A stretch of 32,000 nucleotides of DNA. Source: Mycobacterium leprae TN. Lineage in GTDB: Bacteria > Actinomycetota > Actinomycetes > Mycobacteriales > Mycobacteriaceae. The stretch is from positions 1,620,001-1,652,000 of the forward strand of contig NC_002677.1 of assembly GCF_000195855.1 (NCBI RefSeq). Reading direction: 5' to 3'. Shown here in pieces: positions 1 to 13,288 of the stretch. Every line of letters begins with the position of its first letter. Position 1 is the first letter of the stretch. A model generated the notes under the pieces. That model saw only the letters and a program-made list of their open reading frames with translations. It was not told where the DNA came from and did not search any database. A program made the translations under genes and the position numbers.

Positions 1-1637
1 ATCTGCTCGGCGGGGCTCGCGCCGACGCAAGCCGTGTCCGATCAGGAGCTAACCGTGCTGTTGTCGAAGGCCGGTTCACGACGACCGACCTAGACGATGT
101 TGTAGTCGCGCAGCTTGACGGGATACTTAACGCGTCGGGATCAGAGCGCGATGAGGATGGCAGCGTGATCGTGCTGCGCTCGGTCAGCCGCGACGGGCCT
201 TCTCGCTCCTATCTCGGTGGTCGCAGCGTGCCGGCCAAGTCACTGGGCAGTTTCACCACTGAGTTGCTTGCCTTGCACGGGCAAAACGATCAGCTGCGGT
301 TGGTGCGGCCTGAGGAGCAACGCGCTGCGCTAGACCGTTACGCGGCTGCAGGCCCCAGTTGTGAGCGCTACCGCGAGCTGCGTGATGCCTGGTTGTTGGC
401 GCGGAGCGATCTCATAGATCGCCGCAATCGGATTCGGGAACTTGTCCAGGAGGCGGATCGGCTGAAATTCGCGCTGAGCGAGATCGATAGCGTTGACCCG
501 CAACCGGGCGAGGACAACGCGTTGGTCGCTGACATCGTTCGGCTCTCCGAACTGGACATGCTGCGTGAAGTCGCGGTTAATGCGCGCGCGGCGTTATCCG
601 GGGCGCTTGACGATATGGACGTGTCAGGCTCGAATGCTGTTGCTTGTATGGGACAGGCGAAGGCTGCGTTGGAATCGACCGATGACGCAACGTTGCGGGC
701 GTTCGCCGACCAAGTCGGCGAAGTGCTGACGGTGGTTGTCGAAGTGGGTCGCGAGCTCGGCGAGTATCTGGAGGAACTGCCGGTCGATGCTAGCGCACTA
801 GAGTCCAAGCTGGTTCGGCAAGCCGAACTGTGCACACTGACTCGCAAGTACGCCGCGGATATCGATGGCGTGTTGCAGTGGGCAAGGGAGTCACGCGAAC
901 GGCTGGAGCAACTTGACGTCTCCTATGAAAGGTTGGCCGGCGTTGAATCTCGTGTCGATGAGTTGGAACGCCAATTATCGCAAGCCGCAGTCGATCTCAG
1001 CAAGCTTCGACGCGATGCAGCCAATAGACTGGCCAAAGAGGTGACCGCGGAGCTGTCTGCCTTGGCGATGGTCGATGCGGAATTCACCATTAGCGTGACT
1101 ACCGATCTCATACCTTTGACCGACTATAAGCGCTCCGCTGCCGTCACGCTGCCCTCGGGCGGAGTGGCCCGAGCCGGCGCTGATGGTGTCGACCAGGTCG
1201 AGTTTGGCTTTGCTGCGCACCGCGGTATGACGGTGCTGCCGCTGGCGAAAAGCGCCTCTGGCGGTGAGCTATCTCGGGTGATGCTCGCTCTAGAGGTAGT
1301 GTTAGCTACTTCGGCGGCGGGTACCACGATGGTGTTCGATGAGGTTGATGTCGGCGTCGGCGGCAGGGCCGCAGTGCAGATCGGGCGTAGGTTGGCGCGG
1401 TTGGCCCGTACCCACCAGGTCATTGTGGTGACGCATTTGCCACAGGTTGCCGCCTATGCTGATGTCCATCTGGTGGTGCACAGTGCCGGGCTTGACGGCG
1501 CCAGCGACGTGCGTCGTCTGGCCGGCGACGATAGGGTGGCCGAGTTGGCGCGGATGCTGGCGGGGCTCGGTGAGTCTGATAGTGGCCGCGCGCACGCCCG
1601 TGAACTGCTCGATGCCGCGCGGAAAGATAAGAGCTAA
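1..1637 (+). CDS. recN: DNA repair protein RecN (5' end lies outside the window)
   Basis: Frame 3 is open from nt 3 and continuous with ORF 165..1637. The upstream in-frame translation (LLGGARADASRVRSGANRAVVEGRFTTTDLDD...ERDEDGSVIVLRSVSRDGPSRSYLGGRSVPAK) matches the RecN N-terminal third as I recall it. A long coiled-coil middle is followed by an SMC-type signature and Walker B (LAKSASGGELSRVMLALEVV...MVFDEVDVGVGG). Confidence 0.9.
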   Translation, partial: LLGGARADASRVRSGANRAVVEGRFTTTDLDDVVVAQLDGILNASGSERDEDGSVIVLRSVSRDGPSRSYLGGRSVPAKSLGSFTTELLALHGQNDQLRLVRPEEQRAALDRYAAAGPSCERYRELRDAWLLARSDLIDRRNRIRELVQEADRLKFALSEIDSVDPQPGEDNALVADIVRLSELDMLREVAVNARAALSGALDDMDVSGSNAVACMGQAKAALESTDDATLRAFADQVGEVLTVVVEVGRELGEYLEELPVDASALESKLVRQAELCTLTRKYAADIDGVLQWARESRERLEQLDVSYERLAGVESRVDELERQLSQAAVDLSKLRRDAANRLAKEVTAELSALAMVDAEFTISVTTDLIPLTDYKRSAAVTLPSGGVARAGADGVDQVEFGFAAHRGMTVLPLAKSASGGELSRVMLALEVVLATSAAGTTMVFDEVDVGVGGRAAVQIGRRLARLARTHQVIVVTHLPQVAAYADVHLVVHSAGLDGASDVRRLAGDDRVAELARMLAGLGESDSGRAHARELLDAARKDKS

Positions 1638-1822
1638 TTTGGTCCGCGCTGCTGCGAGCGATCGTGTCCGTACCCCGACACGCCGCAAAACCTGTACATC
1701 TGCGGACGTTTGTGCGATCAAATCGTTACTATCTTGTGATAGATGTTACTGCAGAAACTTCTGATACTAATATTACGGCGCGTCTCCTAGGCTCAGCCGC
1801 ACTTGACCGCCAGGATTGCCCT

Positions 1823-3004
1823 ATGAGGATGTCAGCACTGCTTTCCCGCAATAACTCCCGGCCGGGGTTGGTTGGGACCGCTCGAGTTGATCGGAATATC
1901 GACCGATTGCTACGTAGAATCTGCCCCGGCGACATTGTGGTCCTCGACGTCCTGGATCTGGATCGGATCACAGCTGACGCATTGGTGGAGGCCGATATCG
2001 TTGCCGTCGTTAACGCATCGCCGTCGGTCTCGGGCCGTTACCCGAATCTGGGTCCAGAGGTTTTGGTCAATAACGGAGTCACGCTGATCGACGAAACCGG
2101 ACCGGAAGTCTTCAAAAAAATCAAGGACGGTGCCAAGATTCGCCTTCATGAAGGCGGCGTGTACTCCGGCGACCGCCGATTGATCTGCGGCACCGAGCGC
2201 ACAGACCATGACATTGCCGATCTGATGCGGGAAGCCAAAAGCGGGCTAGCCACCCACTTGGAAGCCTTCGCCGGCAACACCATTGAATTCATCAAAAGTG
2301 AAAGCCCGTTGTTGATCGACGGCATTGGCATCCCCGACATCGACGTCGACCTGCGCCGCCGGCATGTGGTAATTGTTGCCGACGAGCCTAGCGCCGCCGA
2401 TGATCTGAAATCTCTCAAGCCATTCATCAAGGAGTACCAGCCGGTGTTGGTTGGCGTCAGCGGCGGTGCGGATGTGTTGCGAAAGGCCGGCTATCGTCCA
2501 CAACTCATCGTCGGTGACCCCGAGCAGATCAGCACTGAAGCACTTAGGTGCGGTGCTCACGTGGTGTTGCCTGCTGACGCTGACGGACACGCGCCTGGTC
2601 TGGAAAGAATTCAGGATCTTGGGGTCGGGGCGATGACGTTTCCAGCCGCTGGCTCGGCCACCGATTTGGCACTACTGCTGGCCGATCATCATGGCGCGGC
2701 ACTGCTGGTCACGGCCGGCCATACTGCTAATATCGAGACGTTCTTCGACCGCACACGTACGCAGAGCAACCCATCGACCTTTCTTACTAGGTTGCGGGTG
2801 GGGGAAAAGCTAGTGGACGCCAAAGCAGTCGCCACCCTCTATCGTAACCATATTTCGTTTGGAGCTATTGCGTTGCTGGCGTTGATCATGTTGATCGCAG
2901 TCATCGTCGCGTTGTGGGTATCACGCACCGATGGTGTAGTGCTGCACGGGGTTATCGACTACTGGAACCGCTTTTCCCTTTGGATACAGCGCCTGATCGC
3001 CTAA
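1823..3004 (+). CDS. steA: SteA-like putative cytokinetic-ring protein (Rv1697 family), membrane anchored
   Basis: ORF 1664..3004 trimmed to ATG 1823 (MRMSALLSRNNSRPGLVGTARVDRNIDRLLRRICPGDIVVLDVLDLDRITADALVEA...). This gives 393 aa, the length and N-terminus I recall for Rv1697. There is a C-terminal hydrophobic helix (AIALLALIMLIAVIVALWV). The position between recN and mctB is conserved. Confidence 0.75.
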   Translation: MRMSALLSRNNSRPGLVGTARVDRNIDRLLRRICPGDIVVLDVLDLDRITADALVEADIVAVVNASPSVSGRYPNLGPEVLVNNGVTLIDETGPEVFKKIKDGAKIRLHEGGVYSGDRRLICGTERTDHDIADLMREAKSGLATHLEAFAGNTIEFIKSESPLLIDGIGIPDIDVDLRRRHVVIVADEPSAADDLKSLKPFIKEYQPVLVGVSGGADVLRKAGYRPQLIVGDPEQISTEALRCGAHVVLPADADGHAPGLERIQDLGVGAMTFPAAGSATDLALLLADHHGAALLVTAGHTANIETFFDRTRTQSNPSTFLTRLRVGEKLVDAKAVATLYRNHISFGAIALLALIMLIAVIVALWVSRTDGVVLHGVIDYWNRFSLWIQRLIA

Positions 3005-3025
3005 TTTCCCGAGGTACGTGCACTC

Positions 3026-3979
3026 ATGATCTCGTTACGCCAACATGCGTTCTCCCTGGCTGCAGTCTTCTTGGCGTTGGCCGTGGGAGTTGTACTGGGT
3101 TCCGGATTTTTGTCAGACACTTTGTTGTCCAGTCTGCGTGACGAGAAGCGGGACCTATACACGCAGATCAGTGGGCTCAACGACCAGAAGAACATGCTGA
3201 ACGAGAAAGTCAGTGCAGCAAATAACTTCGATAACCAGCTACTAGGTCGGATCGTGCACGACGTGCTTGGGGGCACGTCGGTGGTGGTCTTCCGCACTCC
3301 GGATGCAAAAGATGACGATGTCGCGGCGGTGTCGAAAATCGTGGTCCAGGCCGGCGGGACGGTCACCGGAACGGTGTCGCTGACGCAGGAATTTGTCGAT
3401 GCCAACTCCACGGAAAAGCTTCGCAGCGTCGTGAATTCGTCGATTCTGCCAGCCGGTGCACAGTTGAGCACCAAGCTCGTCGACCAAGGTTCGCAGGCTG
3501 GCGACCTGCTGGGGATCACATTGCTGGTCAACGCTAACCCGGCCGTCCCCAATGTCGGAGATGCTCAGCGCAGTACCGTCCTAGTGGCACTGCGTGACAC
3601 AGGTTTCATCACTTACCAGACCTACAATCGAAATGATCACCTGGGGGCGGCGAACGCCGCGCTAGTCATTACCGGCGGTTTACTACCCCAAGATGCCGGC
3701 AATCAAGGGGTCAGCGTGGCCCGGTTTTCCGCCGCACTCGCTCCGCATGGTTCTGGCACCCTGCTTGCTGGCCGGGACGGCTCGGCGACGGGAGTCGCCG
3801 CCGTGGCGGTAGCCCGCGCCGATGCTGGCATGGCCGCCACGATCAGCACCGTCGATAACGTCGATGCCGAACCTGGGCGGATCACCGCGATCCTGGGTCT
3901 GCACGACTTGCTCAGTGGCGGCCATACCGGGCAGTACGGCGTCGGACACGGGGCTACCTCGATCACCGTGCCCCAGTAG
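3026..3979 (+). CDS. mctB: MctB-like copper transport / outer-envelope protein (Rv1698 family)
   Basis: ATG at 3026, 317 aa. N-terminal TM helix (FSLAAVFLALAVGVVLGSGFL) followed by a coiled region. The MISLRQHA... N-terminus and the position upstream of pyrG match my memory of Rv1698. Confidence 0.7.
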   Translation: MISLRQHAFSLAAVFLALAVGVVLGSGFLSDTLLSSLRDEKRDLYTQISGLNDQKNMLNEKVSAANNFDNQLLGRIVHDVLGGTSVVVFRTPDAKDDDVAAVSKIVVQAGGTVTGTVSLTQEFVDANSTEKLRSVVNSSILPAGAQLSTKLVDQGSQAGDLLGITLLVNANPAVPNVGDAQRSTVLVALRDTGFITYQTYNRNDHLGAANAALVITGGLLPQDAGNQGVSVARFSAALAPHGSGTLLAGRDGSATGVAAVAVARADAGMAATISTVDNVDAEPGRITAILGLHDLLSGGHTGQYGVGHGATSITVPQ

Positions 3980-3995
3980 GTTCGGACCCCAGTAG

Positions 3996-6537
<2,542 letters not shown>

Positions 6538-6541
<4 letters not shown>

Positions 6542-7488
6542 CGACGGCCGCGCTTCAGACACAGCTGCAGGGCTACCTCGACTATCTGATCATCGAGCGC
6601 AGTATAGCGGCAAACACGCTGAGCTCCTATCGCCGTGACCTGATCCGCTACTCCAAGCACTTGTCAGATCGGGGAATTGAGGATCTGGCCAAGGTCGGTG
6701 AGCACGATGTTAGCGAGTTCTTGGTGGCGCTGCGCCGTGGGGATCCCGATTCCGGGGTGGCGGCGCTGTCTGCGGTGTCGGCGGCGCGAGCGTTGATCGC
6801 AGTGCGCGGTTTGCATCGGTTCGCTGTCGCCGAAGGGTTGGTCGACCTGGATGTTGCGCGAGCTGTCCGTCCGCCTACGCCAGGACGTCGGTTGCCCAAG
6901 AGCTTGACAGTTGACGAGGTGCTGGCTTTGCTGGAGAGTGTGGGCGGCGAAAGTCGGGCCGACGGACCGCTGGTACTACGCAATCGGGCGTTGCTGGAGT
7001 TGTTGTACTCTACCGGATCCCGGATTTCTGAAGCTGTTGGGCTTGATGTCGACGATGTCGACACCCAGGCCAGGACGGTGTTGTTGCAGGGGAAGGGCGG
7101 CAAGCAGCGGCTAGTACCGGTGGGGCGTCCCGCCGTGCAAGCGCTGGATGCCTATCTGGTGCGTGGACGCTCCGATCTGGCTCGTCGGGGTCCTGGAATG
7201 CTTGCGACGCCAGCCATTTTTCTCAATGCGCGCGGAGGTCGGTTGTCGCGTCAAAGTGCGTGGCAAGTTCTGCAAGATGCTGCTGAACATGCCGGTATCA
7301 CTTCGGGTGTGTCGCCGCACATGTTGCGGCATTCCTTTGCCACCCACTTACTCGAAGGTGGCGCCGACATCCGGGTTGTGCAGGAGTTAATGGGTCATGC
7401 CTCGGTCACGACAACGCAGATCTACACGTTGGTTACTGTCCAGGCGTTACGTGAAGTGTGGGCCGGGGCGCACCCTAGGGCCAAATAG
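6538..7488 (+). CDS. xerD: Tyrosine recombinase XerD
   Basis: GTG 6538 forms a GTGA overlap with the preceding frame. N-terminal SAM-like core-binding domain ([22 protein letters not shown]). Catalytic domain motifs [22 protein letters not shown] and [37 protein letters not shown] (R..HxxR..Y). 316 aa. Confidence 0.9.
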
Positions 7489-7547
7489 CTCCGCGTTTCA
7501 GCCCAGGTATTTGGAATTCCATCACCAGACTGGGGCGCCAGCGTCTG

Positions 7548-7995
7548 CTATTTGAAGTGCGTCTTGTGCTCGATGGTGTTCCATAGCGCGCCTTGCTGGC
7601 CTCGCATGTATTTGCGGTACTTCGGTGCGTCAGGAACCATGACCTTGCAGGTAACCACGATCGAGCCCCGATGTAGCCAGCCCAGGTTGGTAATGCTTTG
7701 TAGATCGTCGAGATAGACCTTTCTTGTTGTAGTAGAGGAGCACGAAATTGATAGTTTCAGTGAAGAATTCGTGGTTCATTGGGGATCGCCTTACTACTGC
7801 GAAAGGCAATGATTAGAATGAGGTTTGATGCAGCTGTGCGGTACGGCACACAGTGTCCTGTATAGTTCTCTGCTTGGTGCTGTGGCGGCTCCCTGTGGTC
7901 GACAGAGCCGCTATTATCGTAATTGCCGCCCCACTACCACTGTGGGTCTCCAAACTCGGGCGCGTACAGACGTTAGACTTTCCTGCGATGCTCAC
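7548..7995 (-). pseudogene. Catechol-type O-methyltransferase remnant (Rv1703c-like)
   Basis: The minus strand reads MNHEFFTETINFVLLYYNKK from ATG 7779. After a frameshift it continues VYLDDLQSITNLGWLHRGSIVVTCKVMVPDAPKYRKYMRGQQGALWNTIEHKTHFK, stopping at 7548..7550. This resembles the COMT-family C-terminus (FDMVFLDHWKD.YL.D...LE..GLLR.G.V..ADNV..PGAP.Y..YVR). Only weak traces of the SAM-binding N-terminal half lie upstream (ORF 7813..7995). Confidence 0.45.
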
Positions 7996-8892
7996 CGTGA
8001 TGCCTGTCCCTATGAGTCGTTACCGGCAATGATCGACCACCTCGATAGCGTTGTAGAGATCGGGCTGACCGGACGGCCGCCACGGGCCATCCCAGAACCC
8101 AGGCCGCGTAGCTCGCACGGTCCGGCCAAGGTCGTCGCGATGTGCAACCAGAAGGGTGGCGTCGGGAAAACCACGTCGACGATCAACCTGGGTGCCGCCC
8201 TCACCGAATTCGGCCGGAGGGTGCTGCTGGTGGATATAGACCCGCAGGGCGCACTGTCGGCAGGCCTTGGCGTACCGCATTACGAGCTAGACCGGACAAT
8301 CCACAACCTAATGGTGGAACCACTGGTATCGATCGACGACGTGCTGATCCACACACGGGTCAGATACTTAGATTTGGTACCCAGCAATATCGACCTGTCG
8401 GCTGCCGAGATCCAGTTGGTTAACGAGGTGGGGCGAGAGCAGACCTTGGCGCGGGCGTTGCACCCGGTACTGGACCGCTACGATTATGTGCTGATTGACT
8501 GCCAGCCTTCGCTGGGCCTACTCACCGTTAACGGACTGGCTTGTGCAGAGGGCGTAGTTATCCCGACGGAATGCGAATTCTTCTCGCTGCGTGGGCTGGC
8601 GTTGCTTACCGACACCGTAGACAAGGTGCGTGATCGGCTCAACCCGAAGTTGGAAATCAGCGGCATCCTGATTACTCGATATGACCCGCGCACTGTCAAC
8701 GCACGCGAGGTTATGGCACGTGTCGTAGAACGGTTCGGCGACCTGGTCTTTGACACTGTGATCACCCGTACGGTCCGGTTTCCTGAGACCAGTGTCGCGG
8801 GTGAACCCATCACCACGTGGGCACCGAAATCGGGCGGCGCCAGGGCCTATCGCGCATTGGCCTGTGAATTCATCGACCGCTTCGGCGCGTGA
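7942..8892 (+). CDS. ParA/Soj-family ATPase (Rv1708-like)
   Basis: Deviant Walker A at KVVAMCNQKGGVGKTTSTINLGAAL, then VLLVDIDPQGALSAGLG and YVLIDCQPSLGLLTVNGL. The start is uncertain. In-frame GTG 7942 gives 316 aa, close to the 318 aa I recall for Rv1708. ATG 8029 (287 aa) is the alternative. The ORF-track start at 7825 is unlikely. Confidence 0.85.
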   Translation: MGLQTRARTDVRLSCDAHRDACPYESLPAMIDHLDSVVEIGLTGRPPRAIPEPRPRSSHGPAKVVAMCNQKGGVGKTTSTINLGAALTEFGRRVLLVDIDPQGALSAGLGVPHYELDRTIHNLMVEPLVSIDDVLIHTRVRYLDLVPSNIDLSAAEIQLVNEVGREQTLARALHPVLDRYDYVLIDCQPSLGLLTVNGLACAEGVVIPTECEFFSLRGLALLTDTVDKVRDRLNPKLEISGILITRYDPRTVNAREVMARVVERFGDLVFDTVITRTVRFPETSVAGEPITTWAPKSGGARAYRALACEFIDRFGA

Positions 8893-9695
8893 ACAGTGAG
8901 GCTCCACACCAGAACGGCTTCCAGGTTCGGCTCACCAACTTTGAGGGGCCGTTCGATCTGTTGCTACACTTGATCTGCGCCCACCGCCTAGATGTTACCG
9001 AGGTTGCGTTGCACCAGGTCACCGACGACTTCATTGCGTACATTCGTCGGCTCGGCCCTCAATTGGGTCTCGAGGAAACCACAGCATTCCTGGTGATTGC
9101 CGCGACCCTGATCGATCTCAAGGCCGCCCGGCTGCTACCAGCCGGGCGGGTCGAGGACGAAGAGGACCTGGCGCTTCTGGAAGGTCGCGATCTGCTGTTC
9201 GCCCGACTGCTGCAATACCGCGCGTTCAAGCGCGTTGCGCAGATATTCGCCGAGTTGGAAGCCACCGCGCTGCGTAGCTATCCACACGCGGTATTCTTGG
9301 AAGAGCGGTTCGCCAGCCTGCTTCCCGAGGTGATGATCGGCGTCGACGCCGATCGGTTTGCTGAGATCGCCGCGTTCACGTTCACCCCCCGGCCAGTGCC
9401 GATTGTGGCCACCGGGCACTTGCACGAGCTGAAAATCTCGGTTCCCGAGCAAGCCAAACGATTGCTGGCGATGCTCGAAGCACGGGGCAACGGCCAATGG
9501 ACCTCATTTTCTGAGTTGGTCGCCGACTGCCGGGAGCCGATCGAGGTGGTCGGGTGCTTCCTTGCTCTGCTCGAATTATATCGGACCCGGGCGATAGCAT
9601 TCGAGCAGGCCGAGCCACTTGGTGTGCTTCAAGTTTCGTGGGCCGGGGAACGACTAGCCAGTGAAGCCTTGGCAGAAGTGCGAGACGAATCATGA
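8889..9695 (+). CDS. scpA: Segregation and condensation protein A (kleisin)
   Basis: GTG 8889 forms a GTGA overlap with the parA-like stop. FQVRLTNFEGPFDLLLHLI is the typical ScpA N-terminus. 268 aa. Followed by scpB. Confidence 0.85.
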   Translation: MNSEAPHQNGFQVRLTNFEGPFDLLLHLICAHRLDVTEVALHQVTDDFIAYIRRLGPQLGLEETTAFLVIAATLIDLKAARLLPAGRVEDEEDLALLEGRDLLFARLLQYRAFKRVAQIFAELEATALRSYPHAVFLEERFASLLPEVMIGVDADRFAEIAAFTFTPRPVPIVATGHLHELKISVPEQAKRLLAMLEARGNGQWTSFSELVADCREPIEVVGCFLALLELYRTRAIAFEQAEPLGVLQVSWAGERLASEALAEVRDES

Positions 9696-10438
9696 TTGGT
9701 GTCGGCGACGATGCAGAGCGCAGCGATGAGGAGGAGCGGTGCTTGACCCAAGAAATGCCCGATCTCGAACTGGACTCTGGAATCCCGAACATAGCTGAGG
9801 CGTCAAAGCTCGATGCCGACGAACTCGGTTGTGTGTTGGAAGCGCTGTTGTTGGTGGTGGACACCCCGGTGACTGTCGAGGCACTAGCTGCGGCCGCCGA
9901 GCAACCTGTTGACCGGATCGCTGCAAAGCTGCGGTTGATGGTTAACGAATTCGCCGAACGCGACAGCGGTATCGATCTGCGGCACTCGGCTGAGGGGTGG
10001 AGGTTGTACACCCGTGCCCGATATGCACCCTACGTCGAGAGGCTGCTGTTGGATGGTGCGCGCACCAAGCTGACCCGCGCCGCGCTCGAGACGCTGGCCG
10101 TGGTCGCCTACCGTCAGCCTGTGACGCGGGCACGGGTGAGCGCGGTTCGCGGTGTCAATGTGGACGCCGTCATGCGCACCTTGTTGGCGCGCGGCCTAAT
10201 CACCGAGGTTGGCCCTGAGCCCGACTCCGGCGCGGTGATGTTCGCGACCACCGAGCTATTTCTGGAGCGCTTGGGGTTGACCTCACTTGCCGAGCTTCCC
10301 GACATCGCGCCGCTGCTTCCCGACGTCGACACTATCGAAGACATGAGCGAGTTTCTGGACAAAAAGCCACGTTTCATCAAGCTTACCGGCGCCAAAGTGT
10401 CTAAGCAGCCACGGTCGTTCGATGTGAACCAGGATTGA
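9692..10438 (+). CDS. scpB: Segregation and condensation protein B
   Basis: ATG 9692 forms an ATGA overlap with the scpA stop. Winged-helix motifs [18 protein letters not shown] and [44 protein letters not shown]. 248 aa. Confidence 0.85.
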   Translation: [248 protein letters not shown]

Positions 10439-11208
10439 TGGTCGAGATCCACGATTCTAGGATGGACCGGGGTGCTGGGGCGGTCCGTCTGCAAAAGATA
10501 TTGTCCCGGGCTGGGATTGCGTCGCGGCGGGCCGCCGAGAAGCTAATCATCGAAGGCCGTGTCGAAGTGGACGGTCAGCTGGTGAGGGAGTTGGGTACCC
10601 GGGTCGACCCGGATGTCTCGGTAGTTCGGGTCGATGGGGTCAAGGTAGTGGTCGACGACTCGCTGGTGTATCTGGCGCTGAACAAGCCGCGCGGCATGTA
10701 CTCGACCATGTCGGACGACCGCGGCCGGCCCTGTGTCGGTGATTTGATCGAGCGCCGGGTGCGGGGCAATAAGAAGCTGTTTCATGTAGGGCGGCTAGAC
10801 GCCGATACCGAAGGGCTGATCTTGTTGACTAACGATGGCGAGTTAGCACACCGGTTGATGCATCCGTCCCATGAGGTGTCCAAGACGTATTTGGCGACGG
10901 TGAAAGGGGCGGTTCCGCGTGGGTTAGGTAAGAAGCTAAGCGTGGGACTTGAGTTGGACGACGGCCCGGCGCATGTCGATGATTTCGCGGTGGTAGACGC
11001 GATCCCAGGTAAGACGTTGGTGCGGTTGACGTTGCACGAAGGACGTAAGCGCATTGTACGTCGGCTACTGACAGCTGCAGGCTTCCCTGTAGAGATGCTG
11101 GTCCGCACCGATATCGGTGCGGTGTCGCTGGGAGATCAGCGTCCGGGCTGCCTTCGGGCTTTGCTCCGTGATGAGATCAGACAACTGTATAAAGAGGTGG
11201 GCCTGTGA
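10435..11208 (+). CDS. rluB: Pseudouridine synthase, RsuA/RluB family (Rv1711-like)
   Basis: ATG 10435 forms an ATGA overlap. S4 domain [30 protein letters not shown]. Catalytic Asp motif [28 protein letters not shown]. 257 aa. Confidence 0.85.
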
Positions 11209-11876
11209 CCGATATTGTTGTCGCCATCGACGGACCGGCGGGGACCGGAAAATCTTCCGTGTCAAGGGGACTAGCGCGTGAGCTGGGGGCGCGCTACTTA
11301 GATACCGGGGCAATGTACCGTATGATGACATTGGCGGTGCTGCGCGCCGGAATTGATCCAGCAGATGCTGCAGCGATTGGGGAGAGTGTTTGGAAAGTGC
11401 AGATGCTCTCCGATCATGATCGTTATTTCCTTGGTGGAGAGGATGTTTCATCTGAGATACGGACTGAGGAGGTCACCCAGGCGGTGTCGGCGGTGTCGGC
11501 GATTCCTGCCGTGCGCGTCCGGCTTGTTGATCTGCAGCGACAGATGGCCGAAGGGCGAGGCAGTGTCGTTGTAGAGGGCCGCGATATTGGGACCGTTGTA
11601 TTACCCGACGCTCCGGTGAAGATCTTTCTGACGGCATCGCCCGAAACCCGCGCGCGACGTCGCAACGACCAGAATGTCGCGTCAGGTTCGGCCGACGATT
11701 ATGACCGCGTGTTGGCCGAAGTGCGCCGCCGCGACCATCTCGACTCCACCCGGGCGGTGTCGCCGTTGTATGTGGCTCAAGACGCCATGATTGTTGACAC
11801 CAGCAAGATGGCTGAAGCCGAGGTGATCGCCCACCTAATGGACTTGGTGAAGCAGCGCAGTGGGGCGGTGTGGTGA
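11205..11876 (+). CDS. cmk: Cytidylate kinase
   Basis: GTG 11205 forms a GTGA overlap. P-loop [17 protein letters not shown], then YLDTGAMYR and [13 protein letters not shown]. 223 aa. Confidence 0.9.
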
Positions 11877-13258
11877 GCCAGGATGGCACCTGGAGTGACG
11901 AAAGCGACTGGGAACTTGACGATTCGGATCTAGCCGAGTTCGGGCCGGTGGTGGCGGTGGTGGGCAGGCCTAATGTCGGCAAATCGACGTTGGTTAACCG
12001 AATTCTGGGCCGGCGCGAAGCGGTGGTGCAGGATGTTCCCGGGGTGACTCGCGACCGAGTCTCCTATGATGCAATGTGGACCGGACGTCGGTTCGTCGTA
12101 CAGGACACCGGAGGATGGGAACCCGACGCCAAAGGCCTCAAACGGCTGGTGGCGGAGCAGGCGTCGGTGGCCATGCGCACCGCCGACGCGGTGATCCTTG
12201 TGGTTGACGTCGGTGTCGGGGCCACTGACGCCGACGAAGCCGCAGCTCGGATTTTGCTCCGCTCGGGTAAGCTGGTATTCTTAGCAGCCAACAAGGTGGA
12301 CGGCGAAAAGGGCGAATCGGACGCGTCGGCATTGTGGTCGCTGGGACTGGGTGAGCCGCACGCAATCAGTGCGATGCATGGTCGCGGCGTAGCTGACCTG
12401 CTTGACAAGGTGCTGGCCGCACTGCCCAACGTGGCTGAATCGACGTCGCTTGACGGCGGTCTTCGGCGTGTGGCGCTCGTCGGCAAGCCCAATGTGGGCA
12501 AGAGTTCATTGCTGAACAAGTTGGCAGGTGACCAGCGTTCGGTAGTCCACGAGGCCGCAGGGACGACAGTAGACCCTGTGGACTCACTTATTGAAATGGG
12601 CGGCAGGGTCTGGCGTTTCGTCGACACCGCGGGTTTGCGTCGAAAAGTCGGTCAGGCAAGCGGGCACGAATTCTATGCTTCGGTGCGCACTCATGGGGCC
12701 ATCGATTCGGCCGAAGTGGTGATCATGCTGATCGACGCATCGGAGCCGCTAACGGGACAAGATCAGCGGGTGCTCTCTATGGTTATCGATGCTGGTCGCG
12801 CGTTGGTGCTGGCCTTCAATAAGTGGGATCTAGTTGACGAAGATCGGTGCGATCTGCTGGAGCGCGAGATCGATCGTGAGCTGGTGCAGGTGCGTTGGGC
12901 GCAACGGGTCAATATCTCCGCCAAGACGGGCCGGGCGGTGCAGAAACTGGTGCCGGCGATGGAAAATTCGCTGGCGTCGTGGGATACCAGAATTGCGACC
13001 GGCCCGCTGAACATATGGATTAAGGCAGTGGTGGCGGCGACACCACCCCCGGTGCGCGGTGGCAAGCAGCCGCGCATACTATTCGCTACCCAGGCGACTG
13101 CTCGACCGCCGACGTTCGTGCTGTTCACGACTGGTTTTCTGGAAGCCTGCTACCGACGCTTCCTAGAACGTCGGCTACGTGAGACGTTTGGGTTTGAGGG
13201 CAGTCCGATCCGGATCAATGTGCGAGTGCGCGAAAAACGGGGACTCAAGCGCCGCTAA
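11870..13258 (+). CDS. der: Ribosome-associated GTPase Der/EngA
   Basis: Two tandem GTPase domains ([21 protein letters not shown] and [21 protein letters not shown]) plus a KH-like C-terminus ([40 protein letters not shown]). GTG 11870 or 11873, overlapping the cmk stop. 462 aa. Confidence 0.95.
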
Positions 13259-13288
13259 CTGTGTTGCATCGTCGCTAGGCTGAGCCGT

